64,000 nucleotides of DNA from an uncultured Trueperaceae bacterium (lineage in GTDB: Bacteria > Deinococcota > Deinococci > Deinococcales > Trueperaceae). Below, in pieces: positions 41,501 to 51,912 of this stretch. The notes beneath the pieces are model-generated. The model was given only the letters and a program-made list of their open reading frames with translations. It was not told the origin of the DNA and ran no database searches. Within the stretch, counting starts at the first letter, position 1, and each line of letters begins with the position of its first letter. The translations under genes were made by a program, and so were the position numbers. The stretch is from assembly GCA_963727505.1 (NCBI GenBank), contig CAVSGP010000004.1:1014598-1078597 (forward strand), in the 5' to 3' direction.

Positions 41501-42454
41501 GTGCCGATCCTCGCCGTCGACAAGCCGCTCCACCTCAGCTCGCACGACGTGGTCGCCCGCGCCCGCAGGATGCTGGGCACCCGCCGGGTCGGCCACGCCG
41601 GCACCCTGGATCCGCTCGCCGGCGGGGTGCTGGTGCTGCTCACGGAAGCCGCCACCAAGCTCTCGCCCTACCTGACCGGCAGCGACAAGGACTACCTGGC
41701 CTGGGTCGCGTTCGGTGTCGGCACCGACACCCTCGATGCCGAGGGTCCTGTGAGCGAGGAGGCCGACGCCGGAGGCGTGAACGCCGACGGCGTCGCGGCC
41801 GCCCTTCCCCCCTTCCTGGACCTCGGCGAGCAGCGCCCGCCCGCCTTCTCCGCGGTCAAACGCGACGGCGAGCGCAGCTACCGGCGCGCCCGGCGCGGCG
41901 AGGCGGTCGAGCTCCCTCCCCGGCCCGCCGGCTACCGGCGCATCGAGCTGCTGGCCTTCGCTCCGGAGCGCGCGGAGCTTCCGCAGCGGTTCGCGCCCGG
42001 CGCGGGCGGGCTGTGGGCACCCTCGCCGGACGGCACGCTCCCTGCACTACCGCCAACCCTCGCCACGGCGCCCACCGCGCTGCTCGCGCTGAGGGTGCAG
42101 GCGGGAACCTACGTGCGCGCCTTCGCCCGCGACCTGGGGGCGGCCCTGGGCGTGCCCGCACACCTGGCGGGCCTCGTGCGCACGCGGGCCGGCCGCGTCG
42201 GGCTCGAGCACTGCATCCCGCTCGACGCGCTCCAGGAGGCTCGCTCCCTCACCGCCAGCGAGGTCCTCCCCTACCCCGCCATCGCGTTGGACGCGGACAC
42301 CGCGCGGCGCGTGCGTCAGGGGCAGCGGCCCCAACTCCGCTTCGAAGGCCGCGCGCTGCTGCTCGACCCGTCGGGCCGGCTGGCGGCGGTGGCCGAGGCG
42401 ATCGACGGACGGGTACGCCTGTTGCGGGTGTGGCCCGAGACCTCGCAGGGCTGA
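41501..42454 (+). CDS. truB: tRNA pseudouridine-55 synthase
   Basis: DKP..SSHDVV, VGHAGTLDP and GTYVRA. Confidence 0.95.
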   Translation: MPILAVDKPLHLSSHDVVARARRMLGTRRVGHAGTLDPLAGGVLVLLTEAATKLSPYLTGSDKDYLAWVAFGVGTDTLDAEGPVSEEADAGGVNADGVAAALPPFLDLGEQRPPAFSAVKRDGERSYRRARRGEAVELPPRPAGYRRIELLAFAPERAELPQRFAPGAGGLWAPSPDGTLPALPPTLATAPTALLALRVQAGTYVRAFARDLGAALGVPAHLAGLVRTRAGRVGLEHCIPLDALQEARSLTASEVLPYPAIALDADTARRVRQGQRPQLRFEGRALLLDPSGRLAAVAEAIDGRVRLLRVWPETSQG

Positions 42455-42603
42455 TGCCGCTGGGTCCCCCGCCGCCAGGGACACGCCCGCCGGAGCACCC
42501 GTGGCCGCGGTAGACTGGCCAACAGATTCCCGTTGACGAAGGTCCGGGAGACGGGGGCGCCCTGTTGACCGGGCGGCCCGGTCTGCAGGGCAGGGAGAAC
42601 ATC

Positions 42604-43731
42604 ATGGACATCGGCATTCCCAGGGAGATCAAGGCTCATGAGTACCGCGTCGCGGCCACGCCTGGCGCGGTGCACGCGTTCGTGGACGCCGGACACAGCG
42701 TCTTCGTGGAGCGCGGCGCGGGCGTGGGGAGCGGCTTCGAGGACGACGACTATCGCGCCGCCGGCGCGACCCTGGTAGGCACGGCCGCCGAGGCCTGGGC
42801 CCGGCGCCTGGTGCTCAAGGTGAAGGAGCCCATCGCCAGCGAGTTCGGCTACCTGCGCGACGACCTCACCCTGTTCACCTACCTGCACCTGGCCGCGGCC
42901 CAGTCGCTCACCGAGGCGCTGCTGGCGAGCGGCACCACTGCCATCGCCTACGAGACCGTTCAGCTCGACAACGGCAGCCTGCCGCTGCTGACGCCGATGA
43001 GCGAGGTCGCCGGCCGCATGGCCAGCCAGGTCGGCGCCCACCATCTGGGCAAGTTCCTGGGCGGGCGCGGCGTCCTCCTGGGAGGCGTGCCCGGCGTCGA
43101 GGCAGGTGAGGTTGTCATCCTCGGCGGCGGCGTGGTGGGCACCAACGCGGCCAAGATCGCCATGGGCCTCGGGGCGCGCGTCACGCTGCTCGACATCAAC
43201 CACGCCCGGCTCCAGTACCTCGACGACGTCTTCGGCGGGCGCATCCAGACGCTGGCCAGCAACCTAGCCAACATCCGGGCCATGGTGGAGCGCGCCGATC
43301 TGGTGGTCGGGGGCGTGCTCATCCCCGGCGCGCGGGCACCGCACCTCGTGACCCGCGACATGCTCGCGCTCATGCGCCCGGGAAGCGTGATCGTCGATGT
43401 GGCCGTCGATCAGGGAGGCTGCATCGAGACCATCCACCCGACCACGCACGACGCTCCCACGTTCGTGGTGGACGGAGTGGTGCACTACGGCGTGGCCAAC
43501 ATGCCGGGCGCGGTCCCCAACACCAGCACGCGGGCGCTCTCCAACCAGACCCTGCCCTACGCGCTGGCGCTGGCCGCCGGCGGAACGGCCGCGCTGCTGG
43601 CCGACCGCACGCTGCTTCGCGGGCTCAACACCCACGCCGGGCACCTCACGTACCGGGCCGTCGGCGAGGCCTTCGACCTGCCCACCATCGACCCCAAGGA
43701 GGCCCTGGCCACCCGCACACACATCGCCTGA
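42604..43731 (+). CDS. ald: Alanine dehydrogenase
   Basis: IGIPREIK, KVKEP, YLHLA, PMSEVAGR, GGGVVG and VANMPGAV. Confidence 0.97.
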   Translation: MDIGIPREIKAHEYRVAATPGAVHAFVDAGHSVFVERGAGVGSGFEDDDYRAAGATLVGTAAEAWARRLVLKVKEPIASEFGYLRDDLTLFTYLHLAAAQSLTEALLASGTTAIAYETVQLDNGSLPLLTPMSEVAGRMASQVGAHHLGKFLGGRGVLLGGVPGVEAGEVVILGGGVVGTNAAKIAMGLGARVTLLDINHARLQYLDDVFGGRIQTLASNLANIRAMVERADLVVGGVLIPGARAPHLVTRDMLALMRPGSVIVDVAVDQGGCIETIHPTTHDAPTFVVDGVVHYGVANMPGAVPNTSTRALSNQTLPYALALAAGGTAALLADRTLLRGLNTHAGHLTYRAVGEAFDLPTIDPKEALATRTHIA

Positions 43732-43774
43732 CGACGCTGCGGAGGCGCGGACCCGGGCACTCACCGGGGGGCAC

Positions 43775-44371
43775 TCAGCGCAGGCGCGCCAGCGCCCGCC
43801 GGATGAGCGCCTCGGCGGCGTCGTCGGGGAAGTCGGCCACCAGCTCGGCGACGGTGGTCTTCACCTGCGACTCGCGGTAGCCGAGCGCCATCAGGGCCTC
43901 GGCGGCGTCCTCGCCCGCGCCCGTCAGGAGCTTGCGCGGCCGCCGGTCGGCTCCGGGGCCCGCCAGAAGCTCCTCGGGGATTCGGTTCTTGAGCTCGAGC
44001 ACGATGCGCTCCGCCGTCCGTCTCCCCACCCCCGGAGCGCCGGTGAGCAGGGCAGGATCCTGGTTGAGGACCGCCGACGCGATGAGCGCCGGGGGCAGCG
44101 CGGACAGCACCGCCAGCGCTAGCTTCGGGCCCACGCCCCCCACCTCCAGCAGCCGCCGGAACAGCAGCAGCAGGTCGCGGTGGTGGAAGCCGTACAGCAC
44201 CGGCGTCTCGTCACGCACCGTGAGATGTGTGTGGAGCACGACGTGCTCCCCGACCTGGCACTGCCCCAGGGAAGCGGCCGGTGCCCACGCTTCGACTCCG
44301 AACGCGCCCGCCTGGACCACCACGCTGGCCTCGCGCACCTCGCGCACCACGCCCTCCAGGAAGGCGATCAC
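43775..44371 (-). CDS. ruvA: Holliday junction branch migration protein RuvA
   Basis: VIAFLEG, LYGF, GVGPKLAL, PGVGRRTAERIVLELK and ALMALGY. Confidence 0.95.
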   Translation of the reverse strand: MIAFLEGVVREVREASVVVQAGAFGVEAWAPAASLGQCQVGEHVVLHTHLTVRDETPVLYGFHHRDLLLLFRRLLEVGGVGPKLALAVLSALPPALIASAVLNQDPALLTGAPGVGRRTAERIVLELKNRIPEELLAGPGADRRPRKLLTGAGEDAAEALMALGYRESQVKTTVAELVADFPDDAAEALIRRALARLR

Positions 44372-45147
44372 GACTCTCCGAACAGCGGCGCGAAGACGAT
44401 GTCGTAGCCGACGTCGCTGAGGCTCGAGCAACCGGTGAGGCGCATCCCGTAGCGGAGCTCGGCCTCCAGGCTCTCGAGCGCCCGGTCGCTCTCGACGACC
44501 AGCGCCTCGGCACCCACTGCCAGGTACCGCAGAACGTCGATGCCGTCGCGCACGGGCCCGCCCGCCACGATAAGCAGCATCCCTGCCACCGCGTCGATGA
44601 CCTCGGGAAGGATGTCCACCACCGCCGGTCCGCCCAGGTGCACGCCGGCGGCCCCCTGCAGCACAACGGCCTCGAGACCGGCCTCCGCTACCACCTCGGC
44701 GTCGGACGGGCCGGCCACCCCGAACACCCAGAGCGGACAGCCGGCGGCGGCGCTCAGCTCCGCCAGGTCCTCGCGGGTGCGAGGCCGCCAGGCGCCACGC
44801 CCGAACGGCGGCGTGTCGGCCAGGGGCGCCATGTCGAGACCGATAGCGGGGACCCCCAGCTCGCTCAGGCGGCGCACGGCAGGCATCAGCTCGCCCATCT
44901 TGGCCGGGCGCAGCAGTGCGATGGCGTCGGTGGGCGCGTTGTGCGCCGGGTCCGCCAGCACGGCCTCGGCGTCCACGACCTCCAGCCCGCCCCCGTGACC
45001 GGTGGCGTCCGCCCGCCGGCGCGGGAGCAGGGGGCTCACCAGCGGCCGCCCCAGCAGCGTGGTCCGGGTGTCGACGTCCTGCACCTCGTGAAGCAACCGC
45101 GGGATGAGCTGATAGCCGTCCAGAGCGGCGAACTCGCGTTCATTCAC
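44368..45147 (-). CDS. Shortened, degenerate FMN-dependent alpha-hydroxy-acid oxidase-like protein
   Basis: NEREF..YQLIPRLL..V..VDTRTTLLG, GGPVRDGIDVLRYLAVGA and ELRYGMRLTGC; catalytic SNHGGR absent. Confidence 0.75.
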   Translation of the reverse strand: MNEREFAALDGYQLIPRLLHEVQDVDTRTTLLGRPLVSPLLPRRRADATGHGGGLEVVDAEAVLADPAHNAPTDAIALLRPAKMGELMPAVRRLSELGVPAIGLDMAPLADTPPFGRGAWRPRTREDLAELSAAAGCPLWVFGVAGPSDAEVVAEAGLEAVVLQGAAGVHLGGPAVVDILPEVIDAVAGMLLIVAGGPVRDGIDVLRYLAVGAEALVVESDRALESLEAELRYGMRLTGCSSLSDVGYDIVFAPLFGES

Positions 45148-45219
45148 GGCGCCATCATAGCAGGCGCGCGACGCCCCCCGTGGGCCGAGACGTTGCGTCC
45201 AGCACGGGACGCGCCACCC

Positions 45220-45248
45220 TTGACAGGCCACCAGGCCAAGCCTAGAAT
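45220..45248 (+). promoter_or_regulatory. Near-consensus sigma70 promoter of the NatAB-like operon
   Basis: TTGACA-17 nt-TAGAAT. Confidence 0.75.
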
Positions 45249-45286
45249 CCGGCGGTGGCTCTCGGCCCCACACGAAAGGATCCCCC

Positions 45287-46039
45287 TTGGTCTCCGTGGA
45301 CAACATCAGCAAGGCGTTCGACGGCGTCACCGCTGTCGATTCGTTGAGTTTCGACGTCGCGGCGGGCGAGGTGTACGGGCTCCTCGGCCCCAACGGCGCC
45401 GGCAAGACGACCACCCTCCGTATCCTCGCCACCTTGCTCGTCGCCGACCGCGGTCGCGCCCGTGTGGCCGGCTTCGACGTCGCTCGACAGGGCGAAGCGG
45501 TGCGCCGCTCCATCGGCGTGGTCAACGGCGGCATGGGGCTGTACGACCGGCTGACGGGGCGCGAGGTGCTCCACTACTTCGGCCGTCTCTACGGCATGTC
45601 GGGGCCCGCCATCGACGCCCGCATCGCCGAGCTCGACGAGCTGCTCGAGCTGGGCGACACCCTCTCGCGACGCGCCGGCGGCTACTCCACGGGCATGAAG
45701 CAGAAGATCGTGGTCGCCCGCGCCGTGCTGCACGATCCGCCGGTGATCTTCTTCGACGAGGCCACCAGCGGGCTGGACGTCGTCGCCCGCCGTGCGGTGC
45801 TCGACTTCGTGCGGCACTACCCCAGCGAGGACCGGGCGGTGGTCTACTCCACCCACGTGATGAGCGAGGTCGAGGAGTTGTGCGACCGCGCCTGCATCAT
45901 CTACCGGGGTCGCAAGATCGCTGAGGGCAGCATCGGCGAGCTGACCGAGCAGGGCGGGGGCGCGAATCTGGAGGATGCCTTCTTCCGCCTGGTCGAGGAA
46001 AGCGGGCTGCGCGACGGCGCCGCGCAGGCGAGCGCATGA
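45287..46039 (+). CDS. ABC exporter ATP-binding protein (NatA-like)
   Basis: GPNGAGKT, YSTGMKQK, DEATSGLD and YSTH. Confidence 0.92.
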   Translation: MVSVDNISKAFDGVTAVDSLSFDVAAGEVYGLLGPNGAGKTTTLRILATLLVADRGRARVAGFDVARQGEAVRRSIGVVNGGMGLYDRLTGREVLHYFGRLYGMSGPAIDARIAELDELLELGDTLSRRAGGYSTGMKQKIVVARAVLHDPPVIFFDEATSGLDVVARRAVLDFVRHYPSEDRAVVYSTHVMSEVEELCDRACIIYRGRKIAEGSIGELTEQGGGANLEDAFFRLVEESGLRDGAAQASA

Positions 46040-47262
46040 GACCGTCGATGATCGGGCGCGTTGCCGGCAAGGAGATCCTCTCCACCCTGCGCGACCAGCG
46101 CGCCATCCTCTCCAACCTGATCATCCCGCTCGTCATCTTGCCCGTCATCATGCTGGGGCTGCCGCTGCTCCTGGGCGGGCTGTTCCAGCGCGAGCAGACC
46201 AGCGTCACCTCGGTGGGCGTGCAGGGTGAAGCGAACTTGCCGCCCGCGCTGAAGAGCCTGCTGGAGAAGCAGAACGTCCACCTCACTGCCGTCAACGACC
46301 CGGAGGCCGCCGTGCGCGACGGCACGGTGCCGGTCGCGATCGGCGTGCCGCCCGGCTTCGAGACGAACGTCGCCTCGGGCGGGGGCGCCGACCTGACCCT
46401 GTACAGCAAGAAGGGCAACATGAAGAGCGAGCTGAACGCCGGCAAGGTGCAGCAAGCGGTCGGCACCTATACCCAGCAGCTCGTCGCGTCGCGGCTCGAG
46501 GCGGCGGGCCTCGACCCCAGCATCCTGCAGCCGGTCCACGTGCGATCGGTCGATGCCAGCTCGGCGGCCGAGAAGTCGAGCGGCCAGCTCTCCTGGCTCA
46601 TCCCCTTCTTCATCGCCATCTGGACGCTGACGGGCGGACAGATGACCGCCATCGACGCTACCGCCGGGGAGAAGGAGCGAGGCACGCTGGAAGCCCTACT
46701 GGTGGCTCCGATCCGCCGCAGCGAGGTGGTGATCGGCAAGTTCCTGGCGACCCTCACCTTCGGCCTCAGCGCCGCGGTGATGGCGATCGTCGGGTACGTG
46801 GTGGGGGGTGCCATCCTCGGCTCGGTGTTCCAGCCGCGCCTCGGCGCCCAGGCCAGCGACATGGTGCAGGTGATGGGCGGCTCGCTGGACATCTCCCTGC
46901 CCTCGATCCTGCTGCTGCTGGTGAGCGCCCTGCTGCTCGCCGCCACCGTCGCGGCGTTGCTGCTGGGGATCACGCTCTTCGCGCGCTCGTTCAAGGAGGC
47001 CCAGAGCTACGTGGCGCCGCTGTCGTTCCTGCTGATCCTCCCCGCCATCGGTCTGCAGTTCAAGGACCTGCTCGGCTTCGGCGAGGGCGTCTACCTCATC
47101 CCCATCTTCAACGTCCTGGTCCTCATGGACGACATCGTGAAGGGCGCCGCCGCGGCGGCGCACGTGCTGACCACGTGGCTGACGTTGCTGGTGATCATCG
47201 TGCTGCTGCTGGTGTTCGCCTACCGGAACTTCCGCCGCGAGGGCGTGATCTTCCGGGTGTGA
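46036..47262 (+). CDS. ABC-2 permease (NatB-like)
   Basis: AIDATAGEKERGTLEALL and ARSFKEAQSY. Confidence 0.9.
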   Translation: MRPSMIGRVAGKEILSTLRDQRAILSNLIIPLVILPVIMLGLPLLLGGLFQREQTSVTSVGVQGEANLPPALKSLLEKQNVHLTAVNDPEAAVRDGTVPVAIGVPPGFETNVASGGGADLTLYSKKGNMKSELNAGKVQQAVGTYTQQLVASRLEAAGLDPSILQPVHVRSVDASSAAEKSSGQLSWLIPFFIAIWTLTGGQMTAIDATAGEKERGTLEALLVAPIRRSEVVIGKFLATLTFGLSAAVMAIVGYVVGGAILGSVFQPRLGAQASDMVQVMGGSLDISLPSILLLLVSALLLAATVAALLLGITLFARSFKEAQSYVAPLSFLLILPAIGLQFKDLLGFGEGVYLIPIFNVLVLMDDIVKGAAAAAHVLTTWLTLLVIIVLLLVFAYRNFRREGVIFRV

Positions 47263-47304
47263 GCCGCACGCGCCGGGCATGCTTCCCGGCCAGGCGCCTC
47301 GACC

Positions 47305-48867
47305 TCACCCCTCGTCCGGGCCGGCCTCCCCGGGCAGCGCCGACTGCCGGTAGGGCGTGTCCGCCGCCGCTCCTCCGGGAAGACGCCCGTAGACGCGCGC
47401 GAGTTCGCGGAGTTGATCGGCCAGCCATGGCGGCACGTCGTCCCAGGTCACGCGCCACGACCAATTGCCCGCCGCTTGCCCGGGGGTGTTCATGCGCGCC
47501 TCGCTCCCCAGCCCCAGGGCGTCCTGCAGGGGGAAGATGGCCAGGTCGGCCACCGAAGCAAGCGCCAGGCGGATGAACTCCCAGGGCAGGTTGTCGTCGT
47601 CACGCCCCAGGTAGCGGCGCACGAGGTCGCGCTCGGCCTCGGGCGCCTGGGCGTACCAGCCGGCGGTGGTGTCGTTGTCGTGGGTGCCGGTGTAGACGAC
47701 GCTGTTGCGTGGATAGTTGTGCGGCAGGTAGGGGTCGCTGGCGTCGCCCGCGAAGGCGAAATGCAGCACCTTCATACCGGGCAACTCGTTGTCGTCGCGC
47801 AGCCGCTCCACCGCGGGCGTGATGACGCCCAGGTCCTCGGCGATGATCGGCAGCTCGCCGAGGCCCGCGGCGAGGGCGTCGAACAGCGCCTGGCCAGGGC
47901 CCTCGACCCACCGTCCCTTGACCGCCGTGGGCTCCGAAGCCGGGATCTCCCAGTAGGCCTCGAAGCCCCGGAAGTGATCGACCCGCACGATGTCGAAGAA
48001 GTCCAGGGTGGAGCGGAAGCGTTCCAACCACCACGCGAAACCCGCCTCGCGCATGCGCTCCCAGCGGTAGAGCGGGTTGCCCCAGCGCTGCCCGGTGGCG
48101 CTGAAGTAGTCGGGCGGGACGCCGGCCACCACCAGCGGCTGGCCATCGTCGTCGAAGTGGAACAGCTCGGGGTTGGCCCAGGCGTCGGCCGAGTCGAGCG
48201 CCACGAAGATGGGGATGTCGCCGACGATGCGCACCCCCCGCTCGGCGGCGTAGGTGCGTACCGCCGTCCACTGCAGGTAGAACCAGTGCTGCCACAACTC
48301 GTGCCGCCGCACGGCCGTCGCCAGCTCGCGCCGCGCACCCTCCAGGGCTTCGGGCCGGCGCAGGCGCACGGGCGCCTCCCAGGTGTTCCAGAGGGCGCCG
48401 CCGTGGGCCTCCTTGAGGGCCATGAACAGCGCGAAGTCGTCCAGCCAGCCGCGCTCGCGCTCACGGAACGCCTCGAACGCCTCGCGTTGAGGCGCCGCGG
48501 CGTCACGCTCGAAGCGCTCCGCGGCGCGCGTCAGGAGCTCGAGCTTGGCGGGAATGACCGCGCCGTAGTCGACCCGGCCCGCCTCCATGCCGGCGAGCGC
48601 GTGCGCCTGCCCGGGCTCGAGCCACCCCTCCTCGGCCAGCCGCTGCAGGCTGAGCAGGTAGGGGTTCCCAGCGAAGGCGCTGAACGACTGGTAGGGGCTG
48701 TCGCCGTAGCCCGTCGGGCCCAGCGGCATCACCTGCCACAGGCGCTGGCCGGAGGCCTCCAGGAAGTCGACCCACTGGAAGGCCGCGGGGCCCAGCTCGC
48801 CGATGCCGGTATCGCCCGGCAACGAGGTGGGGTGCAACAGGATGCCGGCGCTGCGGTCGAATGCCAC
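47305..48867 (-). CDS. malQ: 4-alpha-glucanotransferase (amylomaltase, GH77)
   Basis: GILLHPTSLP, GDSPYQS, RVDHFRG, AEDLG and GTHDNDT. Confidence 0.97.
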   Translation of the reverse strand: MAFDRSAGILLHPTSLPGDTGIGELGPAAFQWVDFLEASGQRLWQVMPLGPTGYGDSPYQSFSAFAGNPYLLSLQRLAEEGWLEPGQAHALAGMEAGRVDYGAVIPAKLELLTRAAERFERDAAAPQREAFEAFRERERGWLDDFALFMALKEAHGGALWNTWEAPVRLRRPEALEGARRELATAVRRHELWQHWFYLQWTAVRTYAAERGVRIVGDIPIFVALDSADAWANPELFHFDDDGQPLVVAGVPPDYFSATGQRWGNPLYRWERMREAGFAWWLERFRSTLDFFDIVRVDHFRGFEAYWEIPASEPTAVKGRWVEGPGQALFDALAAGLGELPIIAEDLGVITPAVERLRDDNELPGMKVLHFAFAGDASDPYLPHNYPRNSVVYTGTHDNDTTAGWYAQAPEAERDLVRRYLGRDDDNLPWEFIRLALASVADLAIFPLQDALGLGSEARMNTPGQAAGNWSWRVTWDDVPPWLADQLRELARVYGRLPGGAAADTPYRQSALPGEAGPDEG

Positions 48868-48870
48868 GTT

Positions 48871-49680
48871 CTAACCTCCGGGGTGAGGGGGTGAAACGGC
48901 GTCGTCGGGGAGCCGCCCGATCGCCTCGAGCACCTCGCCGGCGCTGCGGAAGCGGGCGTCGGGGTCCTTCGCCAGCAAGCGCTCGAGCAACGGCTCGAAC
49001 GGCGCCAGCCCTGCATCGATGGTCGACGCCGGGAGCGGTGCGTCGTCGCGATGCGCACGGAGCACTTGGGCCACACTACCGGTGAACGGCACCTGGCCGG
49101 TGAGCCCACGGTACAAGATGATGCCCACGGCGTAGAGGTCGCTACCGGGCGTCACCGGTCGGCCCCGCGCCTGCTCGGGGCTCAGGTAGGCGACGGTGCC
49201 GGCGAGGATGGGGCGCGGCTGCGCCTCGCCGATGCGCACCGACAGGTCGAAGTCGACCAGCCGGACGTGGCCCCCCTTCTCCACCAGGATGTTCTCCGGT
49301 TTGACGTCGCGATGGACGATGCCGTGATCGTGCAGGTACCTCAGGCCCTCGAGGACGCCGCGCATGGCGTCCAGGAAGGCGCCGCGCTCGGGCGGCTCCG
49401 CCAGCCAGCGACCCAGCCGCTCGCCCGGCGCGAAGGGCATCAGCACACCGGGGAAGCCCGCCAGCTCGACGCCGTCCTCCACCGGGTTCAGGTGGGGGTG
49501 GTCGAGGCCGCGGCCGATGGCAAGCTCGCGTTCTGCGCGCTCCCTGTGGGTGGGCGGGAAGAGCTTGACGGCCTTCACCACGCGACCGTCGCTGACGAGG
49601 TAGACCCGCGCCAGCGCACCCTTGCCGATCTCCCGGATCACCTGGAGACCCATCCCGAAGCGCGTCCCGATGACGTCCAC
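48871..49680 (-). CDS. Stand-alone Hanks-type Ser/Thr protein kinase
   Basis: GKGALA, AVK, HRDVKPEN, DFD (instead of DFG) and GTVAYLSPE; start uncertain. Confidence 0.9.
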   Translation of the reverse strand: MDVIGTRFGMGLQVIREIGKGALARVYLVSDGRVVKAVKLFPPTHRERAERELAIGRGLDHPHLNPVEDGVELAGFPGVLMPFAPGERLGRWLAEPPERGAFLDAMRGVLEGLRYLHDHGIVHRDVKPENILVEKGGHVRLVDFDLSVRIGEAQPRPILAGTVAYLSPEQARGRPVTPGSDLYAVGIILYRGLTGQVPFTGSVAQVLRAHRDDAPLPASTIDAGLAPFEPLLERLLAKDPDARFRSAGEVLEAIGRLPDDAVSPPHPGG

Positions 49681-49739
49681 GCCCAACCAGGATAGCCGAC
49701 CGCTCCTGCCGGCTGGTGCGAGGCTTCCTACTTGCCCAC

Positions 49740-49775
49740 GGAGCGCGCGGGCACGCGCCCCGGCCCGCGCGCTCC
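49740..49775. other. Inverted repeat between the tandem array and the kinase
   Basis: GGAGCGCGCGGGC-10 nt-GCCCGCGCGCTCC, 13-bp stem. Confidence 0.55.
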
Positions 49776-49788
49776 CATGCCGGGGTTG

Positions 49789-49932
49789 GCGCCGGTCACG
49801 GCGGCGGTCACAGCGGCGGTCACGGCGCCGCTCACAGCGGCGGTCACGGCGGCGCTCACAGCGGCGGTCACGGCGGCGGTCGCAGCGGCGGTCACGGCGG
49901 CGGTCGCAGCTCCGGTCGCAGCGGCGGTCTCA
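49789..49932. repeat. 12 x 12-bp tandem repeat (consensus GCGGCGGTCAC[A/G]) including the DUF58 stop codon
   Basis: Units read directly, e.g. GCGGCGGTCACA, GCGGCGGTCACG, GCGGCGCTCACA, GCGGCGGTCGCA; 24-bp higher-order alternation; no spacers. Confidence 0.92.
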
Positions 49933-50802
49933 GCGGCGAATCAGCACGCCCTCGCGCACCAGCGCGGCGAAGGCGTGGCGCTCGAGCTCGTGCTCCGGCG
50001 CCGACGCAGGCACGCGGAGCAACAGGTGGCGGAAACCCGCGCGCACCGCGGCCGCGCGGGTCCGGCGCACGAAGGCGTGGGCCTCCTCGCGATAGGCGCG
50101 CACCTCCTGCGGCCCTACCTGCAGGCGATCGCCGCTCTCGACGTCGACGAGCTCGAGTTGACCCTCGGCGGGCTCGAGGTCCCCCTCGCTCATGACCTGC
50201 AACAGGGTCGCGTCGAGGCCACGCGCCCTGAGCGCGGCCAGCGCACCCTGGAGCGGGGCGTCCTCCAAAAGGTCCGAAACCACCAGCACCAACGCCGCAC
50301 CGCGGACCGGCGGCAGCTCCAGCGCGAAGCGCTTCAACGCACGGATGGGCGCCGCTTCCTCGCCGCGGAGGGTCTCGGCCTCCTCCAGGAAGCGCCAGCT
50401 CTTCCCGACCGCGGCGAGCCCCTGGGCCGTGTGGCTGCCGCGGCCGTCGAGCAGGTGGACCTGGGTGGGCGCATCGCGTTGCGCGACGTAGACCAGCAAC
50501 TGCGCCAGCAGACGGGCGTAGCGCGCCTTGCCTCCCAGCAACATGCTGGCGCTGGTGTCGAGCACCAGGTGCAGGCGGATGCTGCGCTCGGCCTGGAACA
50601 GCCGCGTCATCAACCGCCCGGTGCGGGCGTACACCCGCCAATCGACGTAGCGCAGCTCGTCGCCGAACTGGTAGGCACGGAAATCGTGGAACTCGACGCT
50701 CTGCCCCGGCTCCGATGCCATGCGCTCGCCCGACTCCCGACTCAGGGCGCGCGACGCCAGCGCGTAACGATCGAGCAGCACGCGGCTGCGGGGAGTGATC
50801 AC
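49930..50802 (-). CDS. DUF58 (vWA-like) protein
   Basis: EFHDFRAYQFGDELRYVDWRVYART, LDTSASM and VSDL. Confidence 0.92.
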   Translation of the reverse strand: MITPRSRVLLDRYALASRALSRESGERMASEPGQSVEFHDFRAYQFGDELRYVDWRVYARTGRLMTRLFQAERSIRLHLVLDTSASMLLGGKARYARLLAQLLVYVAQRDAPTQVHLLDGRGSHTAQGLAAVGKSWRFLEEAETLRGEEAAPIRALKRFALELPPVRGAALVLVVSDLLEDAPLQGALAALRARGLDATLLQVMSEGDLEPAEGQLELVDVESGDRLQVGPQEVRAYREEAHAFVRRTRAAAVRAGFRHLLLRVPASAPEHELERHAFAALVREGVLIRR

Positions 50803-50827
50803 GCGTGACCCCGCTCCTGGCGCCCGC

Positions 50828-51796
<969 letters not shown>

Positions 51797-51912
51797 GCAC
51801 GGCCTCCTTGCCGATGTTGCGACAAGCGTAGCAGCATCGGGCGCAGGACCGCGCGCCCTCGAAGCGGCGAATGCAACGGGAAGCGCCGCTCCAGCCGGAG
51901 TAGACTGGCCGC

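Noticed and set aside
39929..41596. Extended starts for truB, the GT2 and the metallopeptidase ORFs
   Set aside because: Extensions overlap neighbouring real genes; -10 boxes mark the shorter starts.
49789..49932. CRISPR array
   Set aside because: Contiguous 12-bp units with no unique spacers and no cas genes.
49622..50808. + strand ORFs through the 12-bp array (His/Gly-rich, TAAV and RRSQ repeats)
   Set aside because: Antisense to DUF58 or the kinase and no RBS; open only because the repeat lacks stops.
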